A DNA stretch of 64,000 bases, taken from Leucoraja ocellata. Taxonomy: Eukaryota. The first letter of the stretch is position 1, and each line of letters starts with the position of its first letter. Where the stretch lies: positions 6,200,001 to 6,264,000 of the forward strand of contig JAWMAR010000008.1 of the NCBI GenBank assembly GCA_036785375.1, read 5' to 3'. Position numbers and translations under genes: made by a program. This document shows, piece after piece, positions 50,401-62,804 of the stretch. The notes beneath the pieces were generated by a model. It was not told where the DNA came from. It was given only the letters and a program-made list of their open reading frames with translations, and did no database searches.

Positions 50401-50567
50401 ATAATGAAATGCAGTTGATTGTGTATCAGCCAAAATATGCTCATTGTCTCGCTGTTTGTTCATGGGAGTTTCTTTTGTACAAATTGATTGGTATTTTGCT
50501 ACTTAACAACAATGTGTTTGTTTCAAAGGTGCTTCAATGACTATAAAGTTATTTAAGATATCCTTAT

Positions 50568-50673
50568 AAGGTACACAAAAATGCTGGAGAAACTCAGCGG
50601 GTGCAGCAGCATATATGGAGCGAGGGAAATAGGCAACGTTTCGGGCCAAAACCTTTCTTCAGACCTTCTTCAG
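50568..50673 (-). mobile_element. Short Penelope-type unit nested in an old SINE tail
   Basis: Homologous to 55623-55716 in the opposite orientation. Confidence 0.75.
50632..50665 (-). ncRNA. Minimal type I hammerhead ribozyme motif (one stem II mismatch)
   Basis: Minus strand GGU-CUGAAGA-A-AGGUUUUGGCCC-GAAA-CG-UU-GCC. Confidence 0.55.
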
Positions 50674-51209
50674 TTGTGAAAAGCGCAGTGCAAATACTCA
50701 ATCATTTGCCACCTAAACAAAGATTATAATAAATTAAACAGATTGAACAAAAATTAATCACTTTAACAGAATGCTAATCCAGCAGTTTAAAACCCGAGGG
50801 TGCACATTTCAGCAGATTTGTGACAATATCAGGCGATTACATTAAAGAGCAACTATCTCTGGAGGGAACACAACCATATAATTTCACTAATTTAATTGGC
50901 AAAATAGGAAAATCCCCTTTTAATTTAAGAGCTAGATGTTCACCAGTCATACAAAACAACCAGGACCTAATTAGAGACAAGGCAAGCATTCATGGGAAAA
51001 TGGTATCTTTATAATGGGTCAAAACTGTGTCTGATGTAAAGAGGAGAGTGTTCTCGATATATCCCTGAACACATTTGATGAAACCCATCAACGGGAAACA
51101 ATCAATAATCTTTCACTGTCTCTGGAATTGTGTATTGTTGCAACGGCCAGCCAGAAACGGTGCAGCTATAGTGGAGCGCTTTTTCTCTGATTCATACACG
51201 CTCCTACTG

Positions 51210-51410
51210 CAACACAAAACAAACAGTTGGAGGAACTCAACGAGCCAGGCAGCATCTGTGGAGGGAAATGGACAATTGGCTTTTAAGATGAAGGGTTCCA
51301 ATCTAAAACATTTGCTGTCCATTTCCCTCCAGAGAAGCTGCCTGACCCGCTGAGTTCCTCCAGCAGTTTGCTTCAGCTCCAGATTCCGACATCGCACTCT
51401 CTTGTGTCTC
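51210..51410. mobile_element. Palindromic Penelope-type unit
   Basis: Inverted TGGAGGAACTCA...CAGGCAGC...TGGAGGGAAATGGACA / TGTCCATTTCCCTCCA...GCTGCCTG...TGAGTTCCTCCA. Confidence 0.7.
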
Positions 51411-53541
51411 TCCCACTGCAGCTCGCTTCTGGCAGTGCACGACCGTGAAGTGGCTTTCCATAATTATGTTCCATTAATGGTGTGTTTTCAAGGCAGTAAG
51501 TTAACTGCAGTTTGGCCTCGTGGGGTGAATAGCTTTTATATTCTCAGATCCTTTTACAACATGAGTGAAGTTGCATTAGGGATCAAAGATCCCATGTGAA
51601 CACAGTTGAGAGGCAGTATATGCCTGCATCAGCTGAAAAGCATGACATTGCATCTAACTCACCTTTATGACCATGCCCCCCCTCATCAATCTATTTCTAC
51701 CTTTATACCCTGTGACTGAAACTTACAGCTCTTGTAGTTGTTCGTCATTTCATTGCACGGATTTCCCCCAAAATATATTTCAGTTCCTTTCGAATCTCTG
51801 CTGGTGTGAAGTTCTCCTTTTGTGATTCTGGACTTCCAATTTCTTTAGAGCAATGTTGTCGATAAAATAATTTGAGCTAACAGGATAAACATTCTGTCAA
51901 TGCTGTCAAAGAACAAATGTTGAAATGCTCAGCAAGTCAGACACCATCTGTTGAGAGATGACACATGACAATATTCTTGCTGCAGACTGTATTTCATCTC
52001 CAAATATTTTTAATCGAGTCTCTGCACATGTAGGTTGCCATGCTGCTTGCTCCCTGCAGCATTTTAGGTTTTAAATTAATTTATTTGAAATCTAAAAAAC
52101 ACGCAGAGATTAATGATCACATCACAAGCTGGTACTCTAACCAACAGTTCTTATCCTCTCATTTCAGGAATGTTCGGAGATACACTGTACAGCTTGTATA
52201 GTCAATATATATCCATGCAAACTAATTTCAGAACTTGGTGATTACTTATTCCTAACATTATTGGGATGCAATTTGGATTTGCAAATCCTGTTAATCATAT
52301 ATATTTTTAGTTTAGGAAAAGGACTGCCATTTTAATAAATGTGGTTAATGCTTTATTAAATATGTCTTAACAAAACAAAATCTGGCAGAAAAATGTCAGT
52401 TGAATGCAGAATGCCAGACATAATTTAATAGTAATTTAATAGTCATTCGCTTGTGTCATCAATAGCAATAATTATTACAGAGACTAATAATTATTAATCT
52501 CTGTAATATAACGGAGACTAATCCTTCGGTGAGTTTAAAGTACTTCAGAATGAGAAAATCCTTTTACAGATGCAAATTCTTCCCTTTCCCTTTTTCAAAT
52601 CAACATTCCTTGTAGAATGATAATACATAATATCAAAGCACTTTCGAAACAAGTAATATTAACAAACACTGGTTCTAAGGGCAAAGCAATCTGACCAAGA
52701 AAAAAATCCTATGGTAACTAATGCTCTTTCACTCTGCAAGAAACCAGTACATCATCAGGAATAACAAGCCATTTCCATTGTAGCAAATTATTCATGTAAT
52801 TTCTGAATTATTCAGTAATTCCCAATAATTACTACATGTAAACCCATTTGATTATAGTATCCTTCAGCTGTGGTCATTGTGATTAATAGCTACTATATGT
52901 TAATTATCTATGTCTAATGTTTCCATTCTCCCAAGGAAACAGAAACACTTTTGCAAATTGAAGGTAATCTCTCATGACAATTTAATCTGAAATGAAATGA
53001 TTAGACTAGCGACACATTAACAAATGTAGTTACTATTGAATTGTGCAAATATTTCAGAAATACAATTGCGAAAGCTGTCTTGGTGTCACATATCTGCTTT
53101 TGAAGTGTCTCCGCCTTAAAGATAACAAAAGGTGTTTTGTAAGATCCTAAAATTGTATTGTTATTTATATTGCATTGTCTTTGTTATTGCCACAAAATAA
53201 AACGTCTTCTTGGTAGACCAGGGAACATCGTTAAAATCGGGTTGAAATCTAAAATGAAAATGGTGTGATGACAGGAGTTGTTTAAATAATTGACAGTGCA
53301 AAAATAAACGACTTTCGGGAACCAAGAATGAGCATTATAAGTCAGCAACTAAAGCACAGTGATTTGTTTCACAAAGCAATTGCAACAAAACCAACAACAA
53401 AAAAAATCTATCAACCATTGAAACAGGAGAATTAAAAAAATAACGGGTTGTGACAATGAACACCTTGAACAGTCAGTCAACCACTGGTAATTTTCGGGCT
53501 GGAAGGAATGGAAGGAATTAACTGCATCTTTCTTAGGTTTT

Positions 53542-53659
53542 GTGTGGGAAGGAACTGCAGATGCTGGTTTAATCCGAAGATGGTCATAAAAAGTTGGAGT
53601 AACTCAGCAGCATCTCTGGCAAGAAGGAATGGGTGAAGTTTCAGGTCGAGACCCTTCTT
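53542..53659 (-). mobile_element. Short Penelope-type unit with TSD
   Basis: TTCTTAGGTTTT duplicated at 53530-53541 and 53655-53666, overlapping the element end. Confidence 0.75.
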
Positions 53660-54116
53660 AGGTTTTATTTTGCCTCGAGCTTCAATACTTTTTATGGTCC
53701 AGAGGCAATATGATTATTTCCTGCAGCAAGTTTATACATAAAAAAAAGAAGCTTTTCCCAGGGCATTTACTTCCTATAGAAAATGGCAGCAAGTTTTTTT
53801 TTGTGGTGCTGCTTTGTTTCTCGACTTGAATTGGAATGATGTGCAGTCATTGTGACTGGCTCTTGAAAGTTTGGATGTGGTTCACAAATATTCAGCTGAA
53901 AAATGCGATCATCAAAAGTGGCGCACTATCCACCATATCATCAGTTACACTCAAGTAGATCACCAATGCAAACAATCTACCAAAACCAACTCCCTTCCTC
54001 ATTATTTCCCCAAGTTCTTTAACCAGCATAGGATTTGAACCCTGATGCCTCTGAAACATCAATATCAAGGATAATCCTGTTACTTATTTTCCACATTTCA
54101 CAAAGATCTCTATTTA

Positions 54117-54699
54117 AGGGCCTGTCCCACTTTGGCGATTTTTTTCGGCAAATGCCAGCGACTGTCACAGTCTTAGCAGGTTGCCGAAAAACCGGCAACT
54201 GGACCCCCCTGTGACAATGTCTACGACAACCTACCACCTGGTCGATGTCAAACTACGGCAAGCTACCGACAACCGGCGACCCATTGGGACGTCCACCTAC
54301 AGCGATCGACGACCACACAGGCGACAACCTACGACACCCGCGACAAGCTGTGACAAGCAACGACACTGTCGGCGACAACTGAATACAGCTGAAGACAATT
54401 TAGTCGCCAGTTGACGTAGGTAACCGCCAACGGAGTTCACCTACGTCAGCACCCAGTGACAACCAACATCACCTGGTGACAACCTACGACAGCACCTTCA
54501 ACAGGAGGACAAGCCACGTCAAGCACACAGTCGCCGAAAAGTTTCAAACATTTCAAAATCCAGCAGCGACCAGAAAAACATTACGACTCTTTAGGCGACG
54601 AGGACACTAACGACCATACAGGCGTCACCGCGGGGCCATGTGGCAACAGCCTACTCACCTGTAGTCGCCGAAAAAAATCGCCTAAGTGAGACAGGGGCT
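54117..54699. mobile_element. PIF/Harbinger-type MITE, 583 bp
   Basis: TTA|AGGGCCTGTCCCACTT...AAGTGAGACAGGGGCT|TTA; CGAC/GTCG-rich interior. Confidence 0.85.
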
Positions 54700-55622
54700 T
54701 TAGCAAACATTATCCAATCCAAACACCAGGGCCATCTACACCTACAATGTATTAGTAAATATCTAGGTATGACAAATCTGTCATCTTAGCCAACTCCATC
54801 TCCTTTTCCAAACCAGCCTTACAATAATCTGACTCCAGAAATAGTCCATTATGATAAGGCAATGCATTGAGGTTCTGTTCCTCCTGATATGAATGCTTTT
54901 CTATTCCTTTTGTTGTGGCCCGAAGAGAAAACGGATTGCTCTAATAACAAGTTTCTCTTAATATTGTTTCCGCACACCTACTACATGGTAGCTCATATGA
55001 TGCTGCTGATTACTCTCTTCACCAGTGGCTGCAATTATTTGCAACACAGCAACATCTCGCTATGCTTGGTCTGTTCATTAGCTTCACTATCCTGCATGTC
55101 CTCTTATAGCTTTTGACAACAATATCTGCAATTTGCTCATCATGAATCAAAAAGGATTGTTTTCCAGAGACTACACATCCAATCTCATTGTGTTGTTCTC
55201 CTATGGAAGGCGAGTTTGTGCTGCAAAGATACACATTGTTGATCCAGTCAGCAATGATATCTCCTGCACAGTCTTTTCCCTGTCATATATGCTCCCAGGC
55301 CATACTCGGTAGTACTGTAACATGTTATGTTGTCAGATCTTGTTGCTTTTACAAACATTCTTCCTCATTCACATGCAAAGTCCTGATGTTCACATGGAGG
55401 TTCTTCATTTCCAGTTAAAAATCATTGCTTTGCTTTTCCTACTGGAGGAGTATAACTTACTTGTCCTTACGTGTTCTGTAGCTTGCCACTTAGACAGTCA
55501 ACGGATGACTGATCTTCTGTTGTTGCAGTTTAGCTTTTATTTCAAACTGTACTACAATCTTTACACCATTCTGTTGTTCTGCATTTGTTGCTATATTTAT
55601 TACATGGTTACGTTGTATCTAA

Positions 55623-55716
55623 GAAGAAGGGTTTCGGCCCGAAACGTTGCCTATTTCCTTCGCTCCATAGATGCTGCTGCACCCGCTGAGTTTCTCCAGC
55701 TTTTTTGTGTAACCTT
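55623..55716 (+). mobile_element. Short Penelope-type unit nested in a Rex-like tail
   Basis: GAAGAAGGGTTTCGGCCCGAAACGTTGCC...CTGAGTTTCTCCAGC. Confidence 0.75.
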
Positions 55717-56155
55717 GCACACTGTTTACTTTGTGAGCTTCATCTGAACAAGGAATTTCATTGCACTCTGGCGTCCATGACAATAAACTATTCTGAATTG
55801 GAATCTGACTATATATTAGCTATGAATGCATTCACCTAATGAAGTAAAGCTTTGCTCACATTTCAGGTCAAGTTCAGCAAATGTATGTCCCTGTAATCCA
55901 TCACCTCTGACATAATTTTTGTTGCTTCGCTTTATTCATAGGCCTGTGTTTTGTTGGCAGAACCAGATATAATTGCCAACTTCTTATCGATTTCAGGGAA
56001 GTGTTGAAAGGGTGACTTCTTGAACTGCTGTGATCTATTAGATGTAAGGTCCACTACAGGTAGCATAGACTAAGACTTTTGCCAAAAACAATGTCCTAGT
56101 TCAGACAGTGCATGAGTCATGCTACATTATCTAGTGTATGTAAATGTGTGATATA

Positions 56156-56432
56156 TTAGATTAGATTTGTTTATTGTCATTCAGACCTTTTGGTCTGAAC
56201 GAAATTTTGTTTCCCTGCAGTCATATATATAATAAAAAATTACAAAAACACACAATCAACACAAATTTAACATCCACCACAGTGAGTTCACCAAACACCT
56301 CCTCACTGTGGTGGAAGGCAAAATCTTAAAGTCTCTGTCTCTTCCCTCTTTGTTCTCCATCTGCGCCGAGGCGATCCAGGCTCCAGATGTTGTGACCCCA
56401 CCGGGTGATGGTAAATCCCGCGGCTCAACCGT
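56156..56432 (-). mobile_element. Short non-LTR element with Rex/RTE-like tail
   Basis: Minus-strand tail TTCAGACC-AAAA-GGTCTGAA stem-loop, AATAAA, (TCTAA)n; 14-bp inverted repeat 56273-56286 / 56302-56315. Confidence 0.6.
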
Positions 56433-57550
56433 GCTCAACCTCGAATATAAAGATGAAGATGCACATGTGGTGGAATTGAAGAGAATAGCGTAAACAAAAT
56501 ATAGATTCTTTACCAGTTCTCCACTTCTCTTGATTGATCATATTATACCCAATTCTACATCCACTTAGAATAAAAAATGCACACATAAATTACAAATTAA
56601 CGATGGAAAAGAAAAGCAAGGACTTTGCTTGAAGGGAAAAAAGGAACTTTCAGTGAAGCAAAACTCAACTGTGGACTGAACACCTTGGTTCCTGAGAGAT
56701 TACTTTGGAGTAGGAATGGCAACATTTCTGCAGTGAAGACCAAGGCCTTGTCGTGTAAGTAAATTTATGAAGAATGTCACTAATGATAGCCAATGGCACA
56801 TTGGCTGTTAACAGGAGAGTTCATCTTACGCCAATCCTTTGGCTTGATGGACATTTCCAATTTCATGGATGCTAGTGGTGGCTCATTAATCTAATGTTGA
56901 ACTTGGAGACTCCTTGACAGGGATGGTGGTGGGTAGTGTAGGAGCTGGTGCACCATTGCTGCCATTTGTGCTGGGCACCATATTCCCAGTGAAGTGACTT
57001 GGGGCCCTTGGTGCTACTACTGAGTGTTCCTTCTCCAGTTCGAACAGTCATGGGTCAAGGAATCTTACAGCTCTCACATTTTTATGAAGGTCTTGAGTAC
57101 ATTCTTGAAGTGTTTCTGCTGATCTCTTGTGTGCCAGAGCTCCGTGAAGCTTGTGTGCTTGGTATCACGGATGCAAAATGGTGTGGCTTGCCTATATAAA
57201 TAAGCTGTGAATGAAGTAGGGCCTCAGCGCTGAGGATATTAACCAAGGAGAGAGCACTGACATTGTTCAATGATTTCACCAATGGATTTGGAGAGACAGC
57301 TTCGGTGATGTTTCTCCAGTGCCATAAGAAAGTTTGTTGATCTGAAATGTTAATTGCAATGTCACAGATATTGCATGACTGCTGAGGAATTCCAGCATAT
57401 TCAATTTTAACTCAAAAAATAGGTGGTAGAGGAAAGGTTGATTGTGATGTTAGAACTCCCAACACATCAAACAGCATGGAAAGTGCATTGGGAAAGATGC
57501 CACAGTTACAGAGGGTCTATAAAATGGGTACTGGTACAGTGGAAACTTTA

Positions 57551-57788
57551 AGAGCCTGTCCCACTTTCACGACCCAATTCACGACCTCTGCCGAGTTTGC
57601 CCTTGACTCATACTTGCAGCATGGTTGTCACGAGGTCGTAGGAGGTCATAGGTAGGTCGTAGGTAGGTTGTGATGCTAGTCGTAGGTACTTGTGGCATCA
57701 AGTAGGTCGGGGCGTTTTTTCAACATGATGAAAAATATCCACGAGTAAAAAAGGTTGTGAATTAGGTCGTGAAAGTGGGACAGGCCCT
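57551..57788. mobile_element. PIF/Harbinger-type MITE, 238 bp
   Basis: TTA|AGAGCCTGTCCCACTTTCACGACC...GGTCGTGAAAGTGGGACAGGCCCT|TTA. Confidence 0.9.
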
Positions 57789-58394
57789 TTAACAGCCTTG
57801 AAGGGAATAGCATCAGAAGAAAATTGAATTGTTACTCAGACTCAAGCTGGTTACATTGACAGCCTTGGTCTAAATATCCATACATGAACATTTCAGCTCC
57901 TTTATGAAATGTGTGGAATAGTTGAACACTCCAGTCATAAGAGTGAAGATATACCGGTACATAGCGATGCTGTATATGAGCACAAAGAAGCAGTTCCATT
58001 AACTCAAATAGGTTCAGAAGCATGCGGTACATTAGCAACTCTTCTAATGCCACTGAGAACAAAATATATTTCTCTTACTGAAGGATTGCAAAAGGTTTCA
58101 GGATCACTTTAATCTGAAACCCTAAGGAATTACAGAGAGCTACAGATTTTGAATTAAAAAGAAGTCAGGTGAGACGGTCAGTGAGTGCCTTGTCTCGTTG
58201 AAGGATTTGTCTCAGTATTGCAGCTTTGGCACTTTCGCAGGCTGTGCATTGCCTGAAAAGTGTGTTTGCGTGTTGGTTAATGAATGGATTCACTGAAGTT
58301 ATTAAACATGCAGAAACTCACATTTTATCTTGCATGCTGAACTGTATCATCTGTGGATGAGGAGTTTAGTTCAATGCAACGCCTGGGAGCGGGT

Positions 58395-58767
58395 GCCGAA
58401 GAGGTTTATCAGAGTGCACCTGGATTGGTGGTATTAGCAATAAGGAGAGGTTGGACAAACTTGAATTGCTTTGTATGGAGCGTCGGAAGTTGAGTGGAGG
58501 CTAGAATGGTAAGATTTAAGGGAAATTTGCAGGACAAGGTTTTACACAGAGATTGGTGGATGTCTGTAACTCATTGTTGGGGTGACTGTTGAAGCAGGTA
58601 CAATCATGGCATTTAAGAGGCTTTTCGATAAGCACATGAATATGCATGGAATGCAGGGATCTGGATCACATGCAGGTAGTGGAGATTCACTTAGTACATC
58701 TTCAGCACAGGCATTGAGGGCCGAAGGGTCTGTCCCTGTGCTAAATTGTTCAATGTTCTATGTTCTG
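58395..58767 (+). mobile_element. CR1 3' fragment
   Basis: VEAGTIMAFKRLFDKHM; tail GGGCCGAAGGGTCTGTCCCTGTGCT...TTCTATGTTCT. Confidence 0.75.
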
Positions 58768-60764
58768 TGCCTTAGCAAGACTGGAGATTTTCTGGTATCC
58801 ATCAAGCACCTCATGAAGTCACGGCCTGCGTAGGACGTTGAGCTCCCGAATCCATCTCATCTGAATACTGAAAACTGGGAGCGCACCAAGCTGAGATAAT
58901 GCTTTAGTTAAAGGGTTTTTTACTGTAACATCAATGTCTTGCATGATGCATCTGCCACCCTTGCTGCTCAGGAAAACAGAAACTGCATTGTGTTTGCCTC
59001 TGCTGCCTCCGTTTGCTGTGTTTTTGTACAAATCACACCAGAGTTGCTTGCTGTGATCTCTGCCCATTGATCATCCCACACCATGCTGTGGCGTGGGCAG
59101 GGAACATGTCAGGACAGACCAGCACGAGGTCCAGACACCTCCAAACATTGGGGGAGGGGCCACACAGCAATCTCCCGGGAGATTGTGGGAGATTACTGTG
59201 CGGCCCTCCCCCAATGCTTTTCCCCACCTCTGTGGCAGACTTTTAGATAGCTGTCTGTGGCTGGCATGGGGGAAATATTCTGACACATTTCTGAATACTG
59301 ATGATGCAAAATCTGCAATCTCCTCATGCCAGGTACTGCACAGGTCCCTATTTAATGCACGATTCATATGCAAACGTTTGTAGAATTTATTCATTATATT
59401 TTTGCCCAAATTCACACATTTTAGTGCGGTATCCGATGAACCTTATGTTTAGTAACCAAAAGTGGGGGAATTACAACTTCCAGGAAAGTATGTATTAAAA
59501 TGGGTAATCAGAGAAGTTTTGGGATATGACTGGAGAATTCAAGGTGGTGAAGAAGGGGGAGGCTGACAAGAGTTCACAAAATATCAAAATTAGAAAAACT
59601 CAGGAGTGCTTTGCCAGACTTAGGTGTGTTTGCAGAAACACAGAGGGGAGTCTTCAAGGCAATTTAAACATATGTGAGAATTTTTGATTTGAGGCATCAA
59701 ATGATCAAGTGACATAGACCAAGAAGAACGTGGATGATGGATAAGCAGAATTCTGTGCAGCTTATGTGACCATCAGAAGATTAATCCACCCATTACAGAT
59801 GGGAGAATCTACCGTATGTACACTGTAACAGACATTTGAAAGGTGACACTTACAAAGGTGGTTAATGGCCCGTAAAGTTCTCTGAAAATGTTAAGAAAAT
59901 ACAAGTGAGGAGGTTGTTAACGACTTAATCGAAGAAGGAGTGAAACCTCAGCATTGATTGATCACAGGATTCAGAGACAGATTTGTTTTAGAAAAATATT
60001 GGTGACAATTAAACCTCTGAAATAAATGTTACCAGCAGTTGGAACCAAATCAGCAGGAGATAAGGAACAATACCATAACATTAATATTCTCTCCACTTCA
60101 CAAAATAACTGCTCCAATAAATTGGGAAGTGACTAGCTAGTTGTAACGTGATACGATAGTAAACTGCAAGCAGTGAATGCTTCTCTTTTAACTTGGCAGT
60201 TACGAGTTTGAATAGAGTTAAGTATATTTTTCATCAGTTGCCGTGATGTGACTCTACTATAAGTGTGTACAACATGCAATGCTGACACCAGGAGAAATCA
60301 TGAACATGGTATGAATCAGTTCATTACCAGGCTACCTGTTTCAGCTCCCTTCACAAAAAACTTGGAAACCTCACTGTACTTTCCATTTGCCTTCAACAGC
60401 ATGAGGCATTAGGTTCACTCTGAGACATCTCCTGCAGCATCTCAGGCTGCACAACCAGACAGAGGAGCTGGCTGCTACTATGGTATTGTAAGTTAATCAG
60501 AAGCCTAGGTCAAGACAGAGAAATCCCTATATGACGAGGCTTGGTCATGAGACCACCCAGAACCACATAGAAGGTAAGGCCCTTGAATGAAGTAGGAGTA
60601 ATCATTTATCTAACTGATTGGCTCAGTGTGAAGTGAAGGTGATACTATCACAACCAATAATCCAGCTGCAACAGGAAATTTGTCAGACGTGAACTGGTCT
60701 ATTGATGTGGCACCATCTCAGGGAGAACGTAAGAGACAGGAGGGTGATGGTCCTGGGTTTGTGC

Positions 60765-61480
60765 AGGCAAAACCTTCTCACTAATTTGATGAAGTATTTT
60801 GAGAAGCTAACTAAGATGGAACAAACAGTTGAAATTGTGTATATGGACTTTATTAAGTCATTTGACAAACCTGATAGGATGGCCCAGAAGATCCAGACAC
60901 AGGGGATCCAAGACCTAGTGGTTAATTGGTTCCTAAATTGGCTTGGTGATAGGAGGCAGAGGGTAATGGTTGTAAGAAGTCTGTGACCAGTGGTATTGCA
61001 GGGTTAGGTGTCGTGAACTTTGTTTATGTGAAGATAGACACAAAATGCTGGAGTAACTCAGCGGGTCAGGCAGCATCTCTGGAGAGAAGGAATGGGCGAT
61101 GTTTTGGGTCAAGACCCTTCTTCCATGCTGTTTGTGATATTTATTACCTTTGTTATGAATTTCAAAAATATGTTTAGTAAATTTGAAGATGGCGTGGAAT
61201 TTGGTGGTGTTGTGAGTAGAGAGGGAGTCTGCTGCGGCAGGATATAGATCAGATGGAATTGAGAGGTACATTAACGGATGTAATTTAATCCTGACAAGTG
61301 TGAGACGATGCATATAGGAAACTAGAATCGGGGTAGAATATATACTGTAAATGGTATAGAGCTGAGGGATATTGATGAACATAAATAGGATGGTGAAGTG
61401 GGCATGTGGCATACTTGCCTTCATAGGTTGAGGCATAGAATATAAAAGGGACAAATTTGCAAATCATGGTTAGTTCATGG
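60765..61480 (+). mobile_element. CR1 RT fragment with a nested Penelope-type unit (61030-61123, minus)
   Basis: LTNLMKYFE...VYMDFIKSFDK...WFLNWLGDRRQRVMV. Confidence 0.8.
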
Positions 61481-62516
61481 TAAGTTCTGATAGAATCCAA
61501 TAGGGTTCACCTCAGGTTTTGCCAGAGAGTATAAACTATTTTGACTTTGCAGTTCAGAGTTTGAATAGTTATGTATTCACCAGTTGCCAGCGATGTGACT
61601 AATGTAAGTGTGAACAATATGCAGAATGCTGGCAACAGGAGAAATCACAAACATGGTCATGAATCAGCTCATTACCAGGCTATCTGTTTCAGCTCACAAA
61701 CAAACTGGGAGATCTCACGGTACTTTCCGTTTGCCCAAACAGTAATTGTAAGATTTTGCTATTTTTCAATGAGTCAATGGCATTTTAATGTCACATGTAC
61801 CTAGGCACATGAGGAATTCCTTTTTGCATATAATTCACTAATAATCTTACAATATGTAGGCAAAGTACATTAAGTACAAGAGTGTAGGAATCGAAGAGTA
61901 CACTGAAAATATTCAAAAGTCGCCATGTTTCCGACCCTGTTTTGTATTAATCAAGTCGAAAGTTTAAAAAAAATTAGACTCTTATCAGCCATAAACGCTC
62001 CTTGGCCTGGCTAAATCCCAAGTACATCCCAAATGCAATGGGCCATTGCATTGCTCAGCTGTAATTATGTGAATTTAGAAGTGTAAAACTGCAAGCAGGG
62101 AATGAGATTAACAAATTTCAGCTCCTGTGCCTGGTGAAATCTGGCAATTTACTAATTTAATGGCTGGATGCTTTAAACTGAAGGCGCGGTACAAAATAAG
62201 ACAATTATTGTTATCTGAAGAGGAGGGTGAAAGCTGTAACCTTAATTTAACTTGGAAGGCAAATTAAGGATTTTAGCAAATTGGAATGAATGACGGTTGA
62301 GTGTGCATTGAGTGTGCGATGTATAAATGCGACGTGCTTGGCTCCTGTGTGTTTGTCAGTTCCTGATTAACTCCTTTGATGCTACAGGTTCTGTACAAAC
62401 AACATTGCAGGTCATAATTATTCCAAAGGGACGATCCTTACTGTGGGAAAACTCAAGGACTTCAGAACAGTCACAGGGGTCCAGAATACATCTTAACCAG
62501 AAATTAAAATGGTCTT

Positions 62517-62634
62517 GTGTAGGAAAGAACTGCAGAGGATAGACACAAAATGCTGGAGTAACTCAGCGGGACAGACAGCATCTCTGGAGAGAAGGAATGA
62601 GTGATGCTTTGCGTCGAGACTCTTCTTCAGACTG
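62517..62634 (-). mobile_element. Short Penelope-type unit with 11-bp TSD
   Basis: AAAATGGTCTT at 62506-62516 and 62635-62645; the unit starts CAGTCTGAAGA on the minus strand. Confidence 0.8.
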
Positions 62635-62804
62635 AAAATGGTCTTATTGTGAACGGTGGCTTTATTTTCCAGTTATCTTGGTGACTAACATATAGTTATC
62701 TATAACAAGGAAATGTGAAAGGAAATGTCCTCCATCCTTGTAAAACTAGTTAAAATTGACAATGCCATCCGGGTTTATGGGCAGCATGTGACAATACCCC
62801 TTCT

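Noticed and set aside
60191-61742. LTR retrotransposon with paired LTRs
   Set aside because: No TG...CA ends, PBS, PPT or TSD; the interior is CR1.
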